Assembly (NCBI GenBank): GCA_051294375.1
Contig: CM119265.1
Coordinates: 20,464,672-20,528,671, forward strand
DNA from: Paraspadella gotoi
Taxonomy: Eukaryota; Animalia; Chaetognatha
DNA length: 64,000 bases
Reading direction: 5' to 3'
Below are positions 24,359-38,246 of this stretch, piece by piece. Both the position numbers and the translations under genes were made by a program. The notes under the pieces were generated by a model, which ran no database searches, was not told the DNA's origin, and saw nothing but the letters and a program-made list of their open reading frames with translations. Every line of letters begins with the position of its first letter. The stretch's first letter is position 1.

Positions 24359-25627
24359 CTGAAACGATAACATTGCTACCTACTTTCCAATATTTCTGAA
24401 TCGCCACGTCAGAATCGTCGCCAAATTTGGCGTGGAACAAAATCTCCTCATCTCTCTCTCTCTCCGTCCCTCTCATCTGCTCTCTCTCGTCTCTCTCTCC
24501 TCACTTCTCTTCCTCTCCTCTCCTCCCTCATCTCTCTCTCTCTCTCATCTCTCTCTTCTCCTCTCTCTCTCAGGTCTCTCCCCCCCTCTCTATCTTCCCG
24601 TACTGAGCGTGTTTCTCCTCTCTCTCTCTTCTCCTCATTCCATTTTCTAGTTTCGAGTTGAGGGCGACGTTTGTTGGACTTCGGCCAACCGAGGATTTTG
24701 TGTCCAGGACTGAATTTCATGGCCGACAGAGATTCCGAGAGTCCGAGCGAAACGTCGGATCCTCGATGTCAAAATTATTCCATTTTTGAACGCCATATTT
24801 AGAGTAGGATTTTTCTCGTTTGTAAACATTTACTGCGGAGATATCTCAGAATCCCTTCAACCTAGAGACTTAGATTGTAGCTCATTTTGTAGCCTACCGT
24901 CTGGCATTTTTGAATATATCATTTTTTTTAATTTTAAAGAAGAGAAAAAATCCTGCGTGTTCATTACCTAATATTTATTTTTCTTTAAATTTTAAGTACT
25001 TTTTAATCATTAGAAAGAAATTGGAAAATCGAATCGATGAAGTTTCAAATTTGACCTCATCTTAATAATTAGTCACTTGACAAAAAAAGACTCATTGCAA
25101 ATATGTTATACCGTACGTCATTGAAAATTCCAAACCGAAACCTTCAAAAACGACTGTCATTAAACTCTTTAAATTTTACATTTGCCGAGATATACTGTCA
25201 TGAAATGTTACAAACGAAAAAAATCATACTGTTGATGACGCAGAAACGAGGGATTAGCGCGGTTAGGAAGCATTAAAAGTAAGCAAAAGCTAGCATTGAA
25301 TTCATTACTTGACCAGAAGGCAATGTACCCCGGTCGAGTGATGCGCGCTTTTAACCCCGGCGGTCCACAATCAGAAGGTGGATGCCCAGTGGGCCGGATT
25401 GAGGGGTCGAAAAGAGGGCGTGAGAGCTAAAGGAGAGCGGTCAAGGGTAGGAATGAGGAAAGGAATCACGTGAGAAGCCGGAAGAAAGCCCTGCGGCGTC
25501 GGCGGCGGAGGGGGCGGTCGCGCAGTGGCAGCGGCGGGCATCCAAACGGCCGACGGCATTTCGGCTCAAGTGGAGAGCGAAATGAAGGTGATAAACTAAA
25601 TTCGTCGTCTATGGGACCTCATATCCA

Positions 25628-25692
<65 letters not shown>

Positions 25693-26992
25693 TACTGGTT
25701 CTTTGTTCCATAAGCCCAGAGTGAGATTCATGTCTAAAAAGAAATTTGTCAGCCAAAAAATAACAAACAAAAAATAAGAGGAAAAAAAAGAGACAAAAAG
25801 AAGAGACTGAGAGGGAGAAGCATTAGAGAAATATGGAAAAGGAAGAAAGGATGAAAAAAAAAGGAGTAAAAAGGAATGAAAAAAAGAAAAGTAAAAGTTA
25901 GAAATAAGGAAAAAGGTTTCGTATAAAAGATTAAGGAAAGAATGAAAATGGAAATAAAGGAAAAGAAGGAAAAGGGTAGACATAATGAAAAGGAAAAAGA
26001 AAAAAAAGAAGCGGAAAAAATAAAGAATAAAAAAAGGGATAAAAAAAAAATAGGAAAGAGAGAGAAAAAAAAAGCTGGAGACGAAGAATCAGACAAATCG
26101 TTGGAGAACAAACAACTTTGTTACGTCGTCGCGTAACCTAGAGACAGGGAGTTAAAGAGGGAGGAAGGAAAAGAGATATGAGAAACGTTTCATCATCAAA
26201 GGGGCACACGGTACCCCCGAGCTAAGATAATTCTTTTTCTCCATAATTCTTGAATTTTATCATTTTACACAAACATTTCTTCCTAAAACTTAACACGACG
26301 CTCGTCATATACAATTCTTTNNNNNNNNNNNNNNNNNNNNNNNNNNNNNNNNNNNNNNNNNNNNNNNNNNNNNNNNNNNNNNNNNNNNNNNNNNNNNNNN
26401 NNNNNNNNNNNNNNNNNNNNNNNNNNNNNNNNNNNNNNNNNNNNNNNNNNNNNNNNNNNNNNNNNNNNNNNNNNNNNNNNNNNNNNNNATTTGTGGTTGG
26501 CAGAAGATACTTTTCACTTTTAGCGCGCGGAAACTCTCACCGAGTTTGTAAACATAGGTTGCTCCGCATTTTTTCGCCCGACATTCCGTTCAACTCATTG
26601 AGCATTCTCGTGGACAACGAAGCTTGGACCCGCCTTCGTTTTACATTCATGCCGGCATTCGCGGCTGCATTGGTTGCTGTATATATTTGTGTCGGCACCC
26701 AGCACCCTGCGTCGGCACCATGCGTCATCTCCCAACGTCGGCGCCCATCGTCGGCGCTCGCTCGGGGCCCCCTTTTTTCTCTCTCTTGAGACTTGTCTTT
26801 TGTTTTCATTGTTTTGATGGATTTGTTGCGCGGCAGTTAAGACCATTAGACTTTTGTTTGCGATATGTTTTTTTTTTTTNNNNNNNNNNNNNTGTTTGTA
26901 TTGAGATGTCTCAACAGTTGAAACGTTAACACTGTATCGATTTACCTTACACCGTTATGAGGCATAATTCATAGGGAATATGAACGGAATAA

Positions 26993-27050
26993 CGATACAC
27001 AATCACTCTGAGTGTATAATTCGATACTCAATCACTCTTACTGTATAATT
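26993..27050. repeat. 29-bp tandem duplication
   Basis: cgatacacaatcactctgagtgtataatt followed by cgatactcaatcactcttactgtataatt. Confidence 0.85.
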
Positions 27051-27808
27051 CAGTCTGAAAAAAATAGTTTTTTTTCTCTCGCGTTGGGATTCGCTTCGCC
27101 TCGTCTCCCTTAACGACAAAAGCGAGATCGGGGACATGTGGTGGGCGTGTTAACGACTGAGCGANNNNNNNNNNNNNNNNNNNNNNNNNNNNNNNNNNNN
27201 NNNNNNNNNNNNNNNNNNNNNNNNNNNNNNNNNNNNNNNNNNNNNNNNNNNNNNNNNNNNNNNNNNNNNNNNNNNNNNNNNNNNNNNNNNNNNNNNNNNN
27301 NNNNNAGAGAGAAATTGGAGTTGAGAAGAAAAGAGAAAGTAAAACAGACCGAGAAAGAGTGTGAGATACACAACGATAATAACCATTTTCATTTACTGCA
27401 AATTAAACTTGAAATGTTTATCTTGTTTATGTTTGTCTTTTTCTCCAAAACAAAAGCTAGATCTTGTGGCAAAATTTATATTTTCAGTTTGTCCCCAGAG
27501 AAAGGGAACAAATTTTTAAAGAAACATAAATTATCAAAAATATATCAACGATTTCCAAAATAAATGTTAAAAAAAATTCATTCTCTCTCTCTCNNNNNNN
27601 NNNNNNNNNNNNNNNNNNNNNNNNNNNNNNNNNNNNNNNNNNNNNNNNNNNNNNNNNNNNNNNNNNNNNNNNNNNNNNNNNNNNNNNNNNNNNNNNNNNN
27701 NNNNNNNNNNNNNNNNNNNNNNNNNNNNNNNNNNNNNNNNNNNNNNNNNNNNNNNNNNNNNNNNNNNNNNNNNNNNNNNNNNNNNNNNNNNNNNNNNNNN
27801 NNNNNNNN

Positions 27809-27842
<34 letters not shown>

Positions 27843-30800
27843 TCACGATCGCGACGATGATTTCCTTGCGACTGTTTACACGAATTGGTTTCCACCCTAA
27901 CAGCAATTCTCTCCTCCTACTTTGTATCCGACTTTGAGCATCTTTTTTTAATCTCCCTCTCTCTCTTTTTCTCATTCTTTCCCATTCTGTACCCTCTCTT
28001 CTCTCTCTCCCTCCATTCTCTTCCTTTCCCTTGTATCCATTTTCTTGTCTCTTTCCATCTCTCTCACTCTTCCTTTTCTTTCATTCCTCCTCGTCTTCAT
28101 AACTCTCTTTCCTCCCCTTCCTCCCTTTCGCCTTTCCTTTCCTCCCTTTCCTTCTCGACTTAATATTATCCTCCGTTTCTTTTCTTCACTATCTTTCCTC
28201 TCTGTTACCCTTCCTTTCCTCCCTTTCCTCCACGACTTCATTTTATCCTCCATTTCCTCCCTTTCCTCCTCGACTTCTTCCTTTTTATTCTTTCGCTTCC
28301 TCCATTTCCTTCTCCATTTCTTCCTGCAAGAAGACATCAATGGGTTTCGTTGCAGTTTTATTTGTCGACCCCATTTTCACCCCCATGTTCTTTCCTCCCT
28401 TCCTCCCTCTCCCTCCATGTTTCCACTTCGTTCGTCCTCTCTCCACCTCCTTTTCTTTTTCTCTCTTTACCTTTCCTCCTTTTCTTTCCTTTTTCTTTCC
28501 TTTTTCTTTTCCTCCTTCGAAGAAGAAATGATTTCTTCTTCGATCAAAACAGGAGGAAACGAGATCAACAAGCGACGTGAGGAGAGAACGGAGAAACGAA
28601 CGGAAGTAAGAAACGAACAAACGATGGAACGGAACGAGGGACTAATCACAGAACGAAGGATTAAAAAAAAAATACTTAAAGAGTGAAGAACGTGTAAAGA
28701 AAGTAGCGAAGGAGAAATTATTAAACAAATAAACAAACACACGAATAAACAAAGGCAAGAACAATAGCATTTGTTGCGTCCTGCCCAATCGGGCATTCGT
28801 CGTTCTACTTTCGTATGTTCTCGACCCGTTGCTAAGCAACCCGACCAACCGAATCGCGGATCAGAAAAAAAAAAAATAGAAAAAAAAGAAGAAATTATCG
28901 GAAATTCGTCAAAAAGTTTTTTTTTTCTCGCGAAGAAGAAAATGAGGATCTCAATTTCCATCTAATCCGGACATCATGGAGAGGAGGAAGAGTGGGAAGA
29001 ANNNNNNNNNNNNNNNNNNNNNNNNNNNNNNNNNNNNNNNNNNNNNNNNNNNNNNNNNNNNNNNNNNNNNNNNNNNNNNNNNNNNNNNNNNNNNNNNNNN
29101 NNNNNNNNNNNNNNNNNNNNNNNNNNNNNNNNNNNNNNNNNNNNNNNNNNNNNNNNNNNNNNNNNNNNNNNNNNNNNNNNNNNNNNNNNNNNNNNNNNNN
29201 NNNNNNNNNNNNNNNNNNNNNNNNNNNNNNNNNNNNNNNNNNNNNNNNNNNNNNNNNNNNNNNNNNNNNNNNNNNNNNNNNNNNNNNNNNNNNNNNNNNN
29301 NNNNNNNNNNNNNNNNNNNNNNNNNNNNNNNNNNNNNNNNNNNNNNNNNNNNNNNNNNNNNNNNNNNNNNNNNNNNNNNNNNNNNNNNNNNNNNNNNNNN
29401 NNNNNNNNNNNNNNNNNNNNNNNNNNNNNNNNNNNNNNNNNNNNNNNNNNNNNNNNNNNNNNNNNNNNNNNNNNNNNNNNNNNNNNNNNNNNNNNNNNNN
29501 NNNNNNNNNNNNNNNNNNNNNNNNNNNNNNNNNNNNNNNNNNAGAAAGAGGGACAGGATGAGTAAGAAGAGAGAAATGGAGAAGAGAAGACAGAAGAAAT
29601 GAGAGATAATTCGGGCAAGGGCGGACAGAGGAGGCAGTGGATTTAGAGAACTTAAAGATGAAATAAAAATCGAGTTAAANNNNNNNNNNNNNNNNNNNNN
29701 NNNNNNNNNNNNNNNNNNNNNNNNNNNNNNNNNNNNNNNNNNNNNNNNNNNNNNNNNNNNNNNNNNNNNNNNNNNNNNNNNNNNNNNNNNNNNNNNNNNN
29801 NNNNNNNNNNNTGAGTCAACGCTAAACACTCTTCCAACGTCGTCCGGGAACTAAATACAGAAAAAAAAATGTTAAAACTTTATTCCGACAAAAAAATGAA
29901 AAAAATAAAAGGAGAGAAAAAAAAATGGGGACGTGCATCGGTCGGCGCGACGGAGCGGAAAGTCAGCATGAAAAAATGGAAAGAGGGAAAAAGAGAGAAA
30001 AAAAAAGGGAAAAAAAGAAAAAAACGAGGGAAAATTGAAAAAAAAAGCAGAAAGTAATAAAAAAATAGGAAAAAAAAGAGAAGAGATTAAAACGAGAGGA
30101 GAAAGTGAAATGAGAGACGAAGTCAGTTTATTGTCGGGATGAAAATATGAGATGTTACAAGATGTGAAAAAAATAATATTTTTAATTATATTAAATAATA
30201 TTATACTAATGTTCAGATACAGCAACAACAATTTGGATTTGGAGCAATCGCCTCATAAAGTGTATTATATGGAATGAAAAAAAAAAGTAGTATTAGTGAT
30301 GGATGAAAAAAAAAAATTTAAATTTTTGACGACGTTTCTCAAGAGTTATTATTCATTATCTAATAAATATTACTATATATTACTAATGACACGTTTCATT
30401 TTTTCCTCCCCTTTTTTTCCCTTCCTGCCATCGTTCGAAGCAACCAAAGGTAAGTTCAAGAAACCAAATTCACAAAAAAAAATTCTCTCTTTATGAATGA
30501 ATGAAATGCGAACATGAGTTTATTGACCGATTGAACGATTAAATTTTAGTGAAGAACAAAAAAAAAAAAAAAAACAACAAAGAAATGAGTCACCGAAGTC
30601 CACAATTCCTCCTCCTCCTCCTCCTCCTCCTCCTCCTCTCACCTCCTTAAACCTAGAAAATTTATTCGTCGTCAACCGCCGGGTCCTCCACACTTTTCCT
30701 AATCCATCAAAACCCCCCCTAAACCCTAACCCCAACATCTTCCCCATCATCTCGTCCTTCGTCTTCCCCATCATTACCCCCATCATCTTCCCAGCAACAT

Positions 30801-30890
30801 CCGTTGGCCTCCATCTGACCTCCTGATGCGACGAAGTTCCATCAGGTGGAAAATAACCGCGACCGAACCTCTCTCATCCTCTCTCATCGC

Positions 30891-30952
<62 letters not shown>

Positions 30953-31640
30953 CGATTTCATTTCGCCCGGTGCAACGCCCCTCAATCACGGGAGAGGGCC
31001 AGTTGCCAAAGTTTGGGACCCTTTCATTACGAGAACGACGGCGACGACGAACGACGAAGGTGACCCCTAGTTGTCACGCTTCGGGTTCGACGACTTTGTT
31101 CTTTTGTTTTGCGGAGACCCCGTTTCTTTTCCTCTTGTTTCCTTTTTTTGTTTTGCGAAGAACTCCGTTTCGTCGTCGTCGTCGTCGTCGTTTTTTGCTA
31201 CAAAGAAAACAGATTGCGATCGGCACCCAAGTATTTGCATTTTATATTCGAAAATCAATACGTACCTGACGTGAGAATCAAGGTAGTTGCAAAATTAAAC
31301 GCTTAGCTAAAATAATTTAAAAATAATAAGTTAGAAAGTTTTGGTAATTGTATGACGTTTAAACCGTCTAGATATTATATCTCCGAAATGTTCTTTTTTA
31401 GCTTTTATCACTCCAACCCCTTTGTCACTTGGGTTTTTAACAAAGGACGACGACAACGACAACAATAGAAATGTCGGTAAATTCCACTCACCAACGGAAA
31501 AGGAAATCAAGCTGTTGATTTAAAACCGCTTTTATGGCATCGGGACATCAAGTGGAAACAAAAAAATCTGATCAACATTAAAAGACAGAACTATTCACTT
31601 CGAACAGCCCGTTTAGAAAAATCAATCCAACACCACATTC

Positions 31641-31687
31641 ACCACTACGATCACCACTACGATCACCACCACGATCACCACGATCGC
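31641..31687. repeat. 12-bp tandem repeat (ACCACTACGATC) x3-4
   Basis: accactacgatcaccactacgatcaccaccacgatcaccacgatc. Confidence 0.85.
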
Positions 31688-32631
31688 AACGAAACTCAAT
31701 TTCTGAGAAATTTGAAACGGTTAAAAAGGTTGGGTCCTTCGGGGGAAGAAAGGGACCTTCCTACGTTGTGGGAGTAAAACTTGGAAGAGAAAAAAAGGAG
31801 AAAAGGAAGAGAAAAAAAAAAGGAAGGAGAAACAAAGGGAAAAAAACATAGGAGGGTGTAAAGGAAGGAGCTGAAAGCAGAGGGGTAAAGAATAAAAAAA
31901 TTAGGGGAAAAATATCAATACGGAAATAAGAAGAAGAAAAAAGATAAAAAAAATAATAAGAAAATGAGAAATAAGAAAAGCGAAGTTTGAGGGAAATCGA
32001 GTATAAGGAATAACGCAAAACGAATTCCTTCAAAAGTCGAGACTTGTTCACGCAATGATTTTAAATAGAATGTGGAAATAGTTTTGACTTTACGAGTATT
32101 ACGGAATATTTTTGATTTAATTTCGTTTGTTATTCGAAAATTAATGAAATCATTAGCTTTGACAAGATCGAGTTCGATTGATTGATTTGTAATTTACAGA
32201 GAAAGTTTAAATAAAACTAGAATTAGAAAAAATTCTCTATGGTTAAAAATAGATTTATCAAGGAACCGACAAATAACCGAATAAATGATAAACTGAGACA
32301 GTGTCAGAGAGAGTGAATGAGTTTTGAGTATTGCGATCGACGCATCGAAAAAAGAAATATATTCTTTTCAGTAACAGGTTTCTCTTTTTCCTCCCTATTC
32401 TTTTTTTTTGTGCCTTTTCGTGTTTTGGCAAAGAATCGATTTTTTTTGGTATGACTCATTCGAAATATTATTTCAGATTGAACTTTATCGTAATTTTTTA
32501 TTCTTATCGCTCACCAAAAAAAAAGTCTTTGTTTGGTTTCCTGATTAGTTATTTAGTTGATTGACATTAATTCATTTATTTTTTTTAACTCTCTCTCCTT
32601 TTTTTTCCTATTTCTTGATTTTTTTCTCCCG

Positions 32632-32796
<165 letters not shown>

Positions 32797-33306
32797 TTAT
32801 TTTGGTTTTCTCTTTTGAACAATTTATCGGATTTTTGTGCTCCCGTTGTCATGGAGACTAACGAAACAAAGGAGAAAACCGGGACGAAAACAACGACGAC
32901 GACAACGACGACGACAACGCGCGCGATTCGTGAGCGAAGCTGCGCACAACTCAGGATTCGAGCGATGAGTCGACAACAACAACAACAATTATGACGATGA
33001 TGACGAAAATTTAGACTAAGTTAGACGCGATCAGGAATAACAAATTACTTGATTTACTTGGTTTACTTAGTAATAGAAACGAGAGAGAGAGTTTGTGAAA
33101 GAAAGAGAAAGAATAGCGGACGAAACGAAGAAGGTGGAGAGAGAGAGAGAGAGAGGAGCACGAGTAGAGAGAGAGGAGAAATGAAATATTTCATCATCCC
33201 GCTCTTTTTATCGTTACAGTCGGAAAGTAGAATAAGCCGTTAAGTCAGATTTTAATTCGGGTTAATCCGGCAACGTTTGGGCGATAAACGCCTAATTTAA
33301 TTTCCT

Positions 33307-33344
<38 letters not shown>

Positions 33345-34754
33345 CTCCTTCTCTCTCTCTCTCTCTCCTCTCTTCATTTTTGTTTTAATACAATTGCAAG
33401 AATTTCGCAAGGATTTTGTCTTGGCAGTTAATCAGGCTTTTCACTTTCATTTTACTTATGTTTTTGTTAAAATTTTTTATCCAATAATTCAAACAAAGAT
33501 TCAAAAGAACGTAAAACTATTTTTTAGTGATTTTTTTTTCCACCGTCGCTAAGGAAAAAAGGAAATTTGTCCGCGTAAACAAAAAACGAGAATCGGCGAA
33601 GACGAAAAAAACACATTTCGTCGATGGTAAGTTAGGTAAGGAGAATAAGGGACCAACGTAGGAGGAGGGAGGAGAAGAGCGGAAAGGAAGGAAAAAAATC
33701 ACACAGGCATAACAATCCCTCTCTTACGCAAACACCGAAAAAAAAAAAAGGAAACAATAAGTCGAAACTAGTAAAAAAAAAAAAAAAGGAAAAGAAAAAA
33801 AGAAAAGAGAAAACTGGGAAAACCGTCAATCCACAACGATAAAGAGGTTTGCTTTCTTTTTTTTTGTTTGTTTATTTTATGTTTATTTTAACCGTGACGA
33901 AACATATTGTTTTCTTTGAATTCGAGAAACCGATTCGGTTGGGTGTTTTTGAGGACAATGATGCTGTTGAATAAGTAATTCTACATTCTGTGCTTTACTT
34001 TAGTATTGAGTAAAAGTTTAAAAATATGTTGTTGTATATTACTCTCTTTTCGTTGTTTTTTTGAAAGTATTAGGAGAAAAACAGAAATTTGGTTTGACAA
34101 CGATTTATTTGACATAATTAGCCAGACATGTTTCGGTCATTCAGTTAAGAGCCTTCATCAGTGCTTGACAATCAATATAGTTTAAATATGTAAAAATCAC
34201 CATTTGAAGAAAAAAAAATACTGAAATTTTTAAAAGAACGTAAAAAGGACAATGAAAGTTTCACAATGAGTAATAGTCCTTTAAAAATCCATGATAGCAG
34301 CGATAAGCCTTAAAAAATTGAGACCAGAAAAACTTTCAAAGGGAAACTTTAAATATGTAGTTCTAGGTTTGGCAAATTGAAAAAGTGAGACGGTTGAAAA
34401 TTAAAAAGATGAGGCAATATCGCGCCAAAAGAGACATGCGAATAAGAGACAAGACGACTGCCCGCCAAACAGAAAAGGTCACACGCTTTTTGACTCGAAC
34501 TATTTTATTCCAGTCATTCGCTCCGCCCTCTGGCATCCAAATTGACGAGAAACAAATAAAATTACTATTTTTAAATTTTTTTTGGAAACGAAATCCTTGG
34601 AATCTTGTTCTCTCGAATTCTTTTTCGAAAAGAAGAAAAAAGAAAATTTGAAAATTTACTGTGGGTTTTTTTTTTTTCTCTGTTTGAGACCAAAAAAAAA
34701 AAAAAGAGCCCATTACGGATTTTCGTTGAGATTACCTGAAAACAAAAGAGGAAG

Positions 34755-34757
34755 AGA

Positions 34758-34842
<85 letters not shown>
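34755..34842. repeat. (GA)n microsatellite
   Basis: Seen directly. Confidence 0.95.
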
Positions 34843-34847
<5 letters not shown>

Positions 34848-35183
34848 AATAAAAAGAAATATATGTAATTAAAACTTCATTTCAAATTTGAACGGCAAAT
34901 CTTATTAACAACTTAATATCTGCGATCTCATTCTCCTGACTGCTTTTGAATTATCCCTCCTTTCATTTATATTTCACTTCCTTTTCTTCCATCTAATATT
35001 TTAATACTTTCTTCTTGTTATTTTATCTCTCTAATATTTTTTTCATTTCTCTTTTTTATTTCCTTTCTTCTTCCTTCTTGCTTTTTTTTTTCATTCACTT
35101 CGCTACAATTTTTTTCTGCGACAAGCAAACATCTCTCTCTATCTTCCTATTCCTCTTTTCTCTCTTTCTCTCTTTCTCTCTCT

Positions 35184-35226
<43 letters not shown>

Positions 35227-35459
35227 CTCTCTCTTCTCTCTCTCCTCTCTCTCTCTCTCGCTGTTTCACGAAAGAAGCAAGGTAACACGAATCCGTTCTA
35301 ATTGGCAACAAAGCGAAACTCGTTTCCGGATTTTTGCAAATTTCTCTCTCTCTCTCTAACTCTCTCTCTATCTATCTATCTATCTATCTATCATCTATCT
35401 ATCTATCTAATATCTATCTATCTACTAATCCTATCTATCTCTATCTATCTATCTATCTA

Positions 35460-35526
<67 letters not shown>

Positions 35527-35631
35527 ATTCTACTCTATCTATCTATCTTTTCTCTCCTCTCTCCTTCTCCTCCTCTCTCTCTCTCTCTCTCTTCTCTCTC
35601 TATCACNNNNNNNNNNNNNNNNNNNNNNNNN

Positions 35632-36881
35632 AAAAAAAAACCCACAGTAAATTCAAATTTTCTTTTTTCTTCTTTCGAAAAAGAATTCGAGAAGAACAGA
35701 GATTCCAAGGATTTCGTTTCCAAAAAAAATTTAAAAATAGTAATTTTATTTGTTCTCGTCAATTTGGATGCCAGAGGCGGAGGCGAATGACTGGAATTAA
35801 AATAGTCCCGAGTCAAAAGCGTTGACCTTTTGTTTGCGCAGCGTCTTGTCTCTTATTCGCAATGTCTCTTTTTGGCGCGATTGCCTCATCTTTTATTTTC
35901 ACCGTCTCACTTTTTCAATTTGCCAAACCTGAAACTACATAATTTAAATTTCCCTTTGAAAGTTTTTCCTGGTCTCAATTTTTAAGGCTTATCGCTGCTA
36001 TCGATGGATTTTTAAAGACTATTACTCATTGTGAAAACTTTCANNNNNNNNNNNNNNNNNNNNNNNNNNNNNNNNNNNNNNNNNNNNNNNNNNNNNNNNN
36101 NNNNNNNNNNNNNNNNNNNNNNNNNNNNNNNNNNNNNNNNNNNNNNNNNNNNNNNNNNNNNNNNNNNNNNNNNNNNNNNNNNNNNNNNNNNNNNNNNNNN
36201 NNNNNNNNNNNNNNNNNNNNNNNNNNNNNNNNNNNNNNNNNNNNNNNNNNNNNNNNNNNNNNNNNNNNNNNNNNNNNNNNNNNNNNNNCAACAGCATCAT
36301 TGTCCTCAAAAAACCACAACCGAATCGGTTTCTCGAATTCAAAGAAACAATATGTTTCGTCACGGTTTAAAAATAAAACATAAAAATAAACAAAACACAA
36401 AAAAAAGAAAGCAAACCTCTTATCGGTGATTGACAGTTTTCCCTGTTTTTCCTTTTCTTTTCTTTTCCTTTTTTTTTTTTACTAGTTTCGACTTATTTTT
36501 CCCTTTTTTTTCGGTGTTTGCGTAAGAGAGAGGATTGTTATGCCTGTGTGATTTTTTTCTTCCTCTTCCGCTCTTCCTCCTCCTCTTCCTCCTACGTTGG
36601 TCCCTTATTCTCCTTACCTAACTTACCATCACGAAATCGTGTTTTTTCGTCCTTCGCGATTCTCGTTTTTTTGTTTACGCGGACAAATTTCCTTTTTCCT
36701 TAGCGACGGTGGAAAAAAAAATCACTAAAAATAGTTTTTACGTCTTTTGAATCTTTTGTTTGAATTATTGGATAAAAAATTTTAAAACAAATAAGTAAAA
36801 AAATGAAAGGTGAAAAGCCTGATTAACTGCCAAAGACAAATCCTTGCGAAATTCTTGCAATTGTACAAAAATGAGAGAGAG
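35632..36881 (-). repeat. Inverted copy of about 33365-34677, bounded on both sides by 25-N gaps
   Basis: aaacccacagtaaatt (35638) is the reverse complement of atttactgtgggttt (34654); tccttgcgaaattcttgcaattgta (36841) is the reverse complement of tacaattgcaagaatttcgcaagga (33389). Collinear throughout. Confidence 0.9.
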
Positions 36882-37533
36882 NNNNNNNNNNNNNNNNNNN
36901 NNNNNNTGGGAGATGTCGAGATGGAGACGGCGTAGTCGACGCGGTTGCAAACTGTTTTTTGATACGTGATTGGGCCATTGGGAAAATGTTATTTATATTG
37001 ATTTTTATAATAAAACGAAAATTTTTAAAAATCCGGATTTTAATGCACCTCTGGCTCTTTTCCGTTCCGATCGTCCATTAACACCATCTTCGGACGCTAC
37101 GGTTTTCTATCGATAATCTAACAAAGTTGTTTGGCGTTCATTGTCAATTCGAAATTATGTTTCTTTATTCTTCTCGGTTTGTTTCGAAATTTTTTTGCGG
37201 TTCCATGTTCCTGCGTGAAGTGAACGTGAGTGAGTTCCTGAAGATTTGTGTAAGGGCATAAAGTATTAAAGTCACATATGGATAAAATAATTGGATTCAC
37301 TGTTTAATTATTTCATGACAATTCTCGGCTTCTTCAGAGAATAGAGAAAAAACCTTTCTTTCTCCAGCAGAAATATCCCCGGTAACTGAGCTTCACAGGT
37401 CACAGAATATTTCTTCGTTTCGTTAAATGTTTTTGAAATGATCGAACGCGAGAAGTTATCACTTGCTAGGAATATAAGTATTTCCGGCCGAAACCTTATG
37501 TTCATGTATGAACACAAGGATTTGGTATCATCG

Positions 37534-38246
37534 TCAAGAGAGACTGGAACTTTGGTTTAAGTTGCCCAAAGATTTCGATGCGTCAAAATCATTGTGGGCT
37601 GCCAGATGGTCAAACGTCGATGGCAGGGGAACAGGTCGTATCCAAGTGTGTCGTTCTTCTGTCAGATCCTTAAAATAAGTTCTAGGATAGTTGAATCGTA
37701 AAACGCCACAGAGTCATGCAAAGAAATGCGCTATCTAAAATTTTTTTTTAAAAATTAAGGAATTCTTTTTCTAGTTTATCAATATTTTGCCGCTTGCTGA
37801 ACCCTACAGAAGGCGGTAACGAGCAGACCTGAAAATCTTTGCCACTGCGGCTTCTCTGTCCCACATGTGTCTGTAACATGGCGACAGTTTTGTAACACAA
37901 CCTTAATTTCTATGTACCATCGAGAACCATTTTTTTTATTGATTTATTGGTAAAATGTTAGATTTTATCGATTCTGACTATAAAGAGAGAAGATAGAAGA
38001 ACATAACAAGCATATAATTTTAATATATAAAAAACAAAAAATGGGAATTATAAAATAAAAAGAAAAATTTTATATAAAAAATTATATATATTACGTACAT
38101 AGTAATAATATAAAGCAATTAAAAAAAAAGAGAAAAGTACCCAAAGGAACAGGTATGCCAGGTACTTACGGATGCCACAAGCTACTGGCTAATACAATTT
38201 TTAATGCCTCCTCGAAAACCAGATGTAGCGCATAAAAAAATTTTAT
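37534..38246 (-). CDS. Three phase-consistent 3' exons (38246-38170, 37901-37829, 37668-37534) of an uncharacterised spliced gene
   Basis: Splice sites catag|...CC|gtaagt; ttaag|G...CAG|gtctgc; tttaag|GAT...TGA. Joined translation: IKFFYALHLVFEEALKIVLASSLWHPLCYKTVAMLQTHVGQRSRSGKDFQDLTEERHTWIRPVPLPSTFDHLAAHNDFDASKSLGNLNQSSSLS*. Confidence 0.55.

Larger units (their letters stand above)
22204..24450 (+). repeat. Copy C (cleanest) of the triplicated block
   Basis: Collinear with copy A and reverse-complementary to copy B. Confidence 0.85.
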
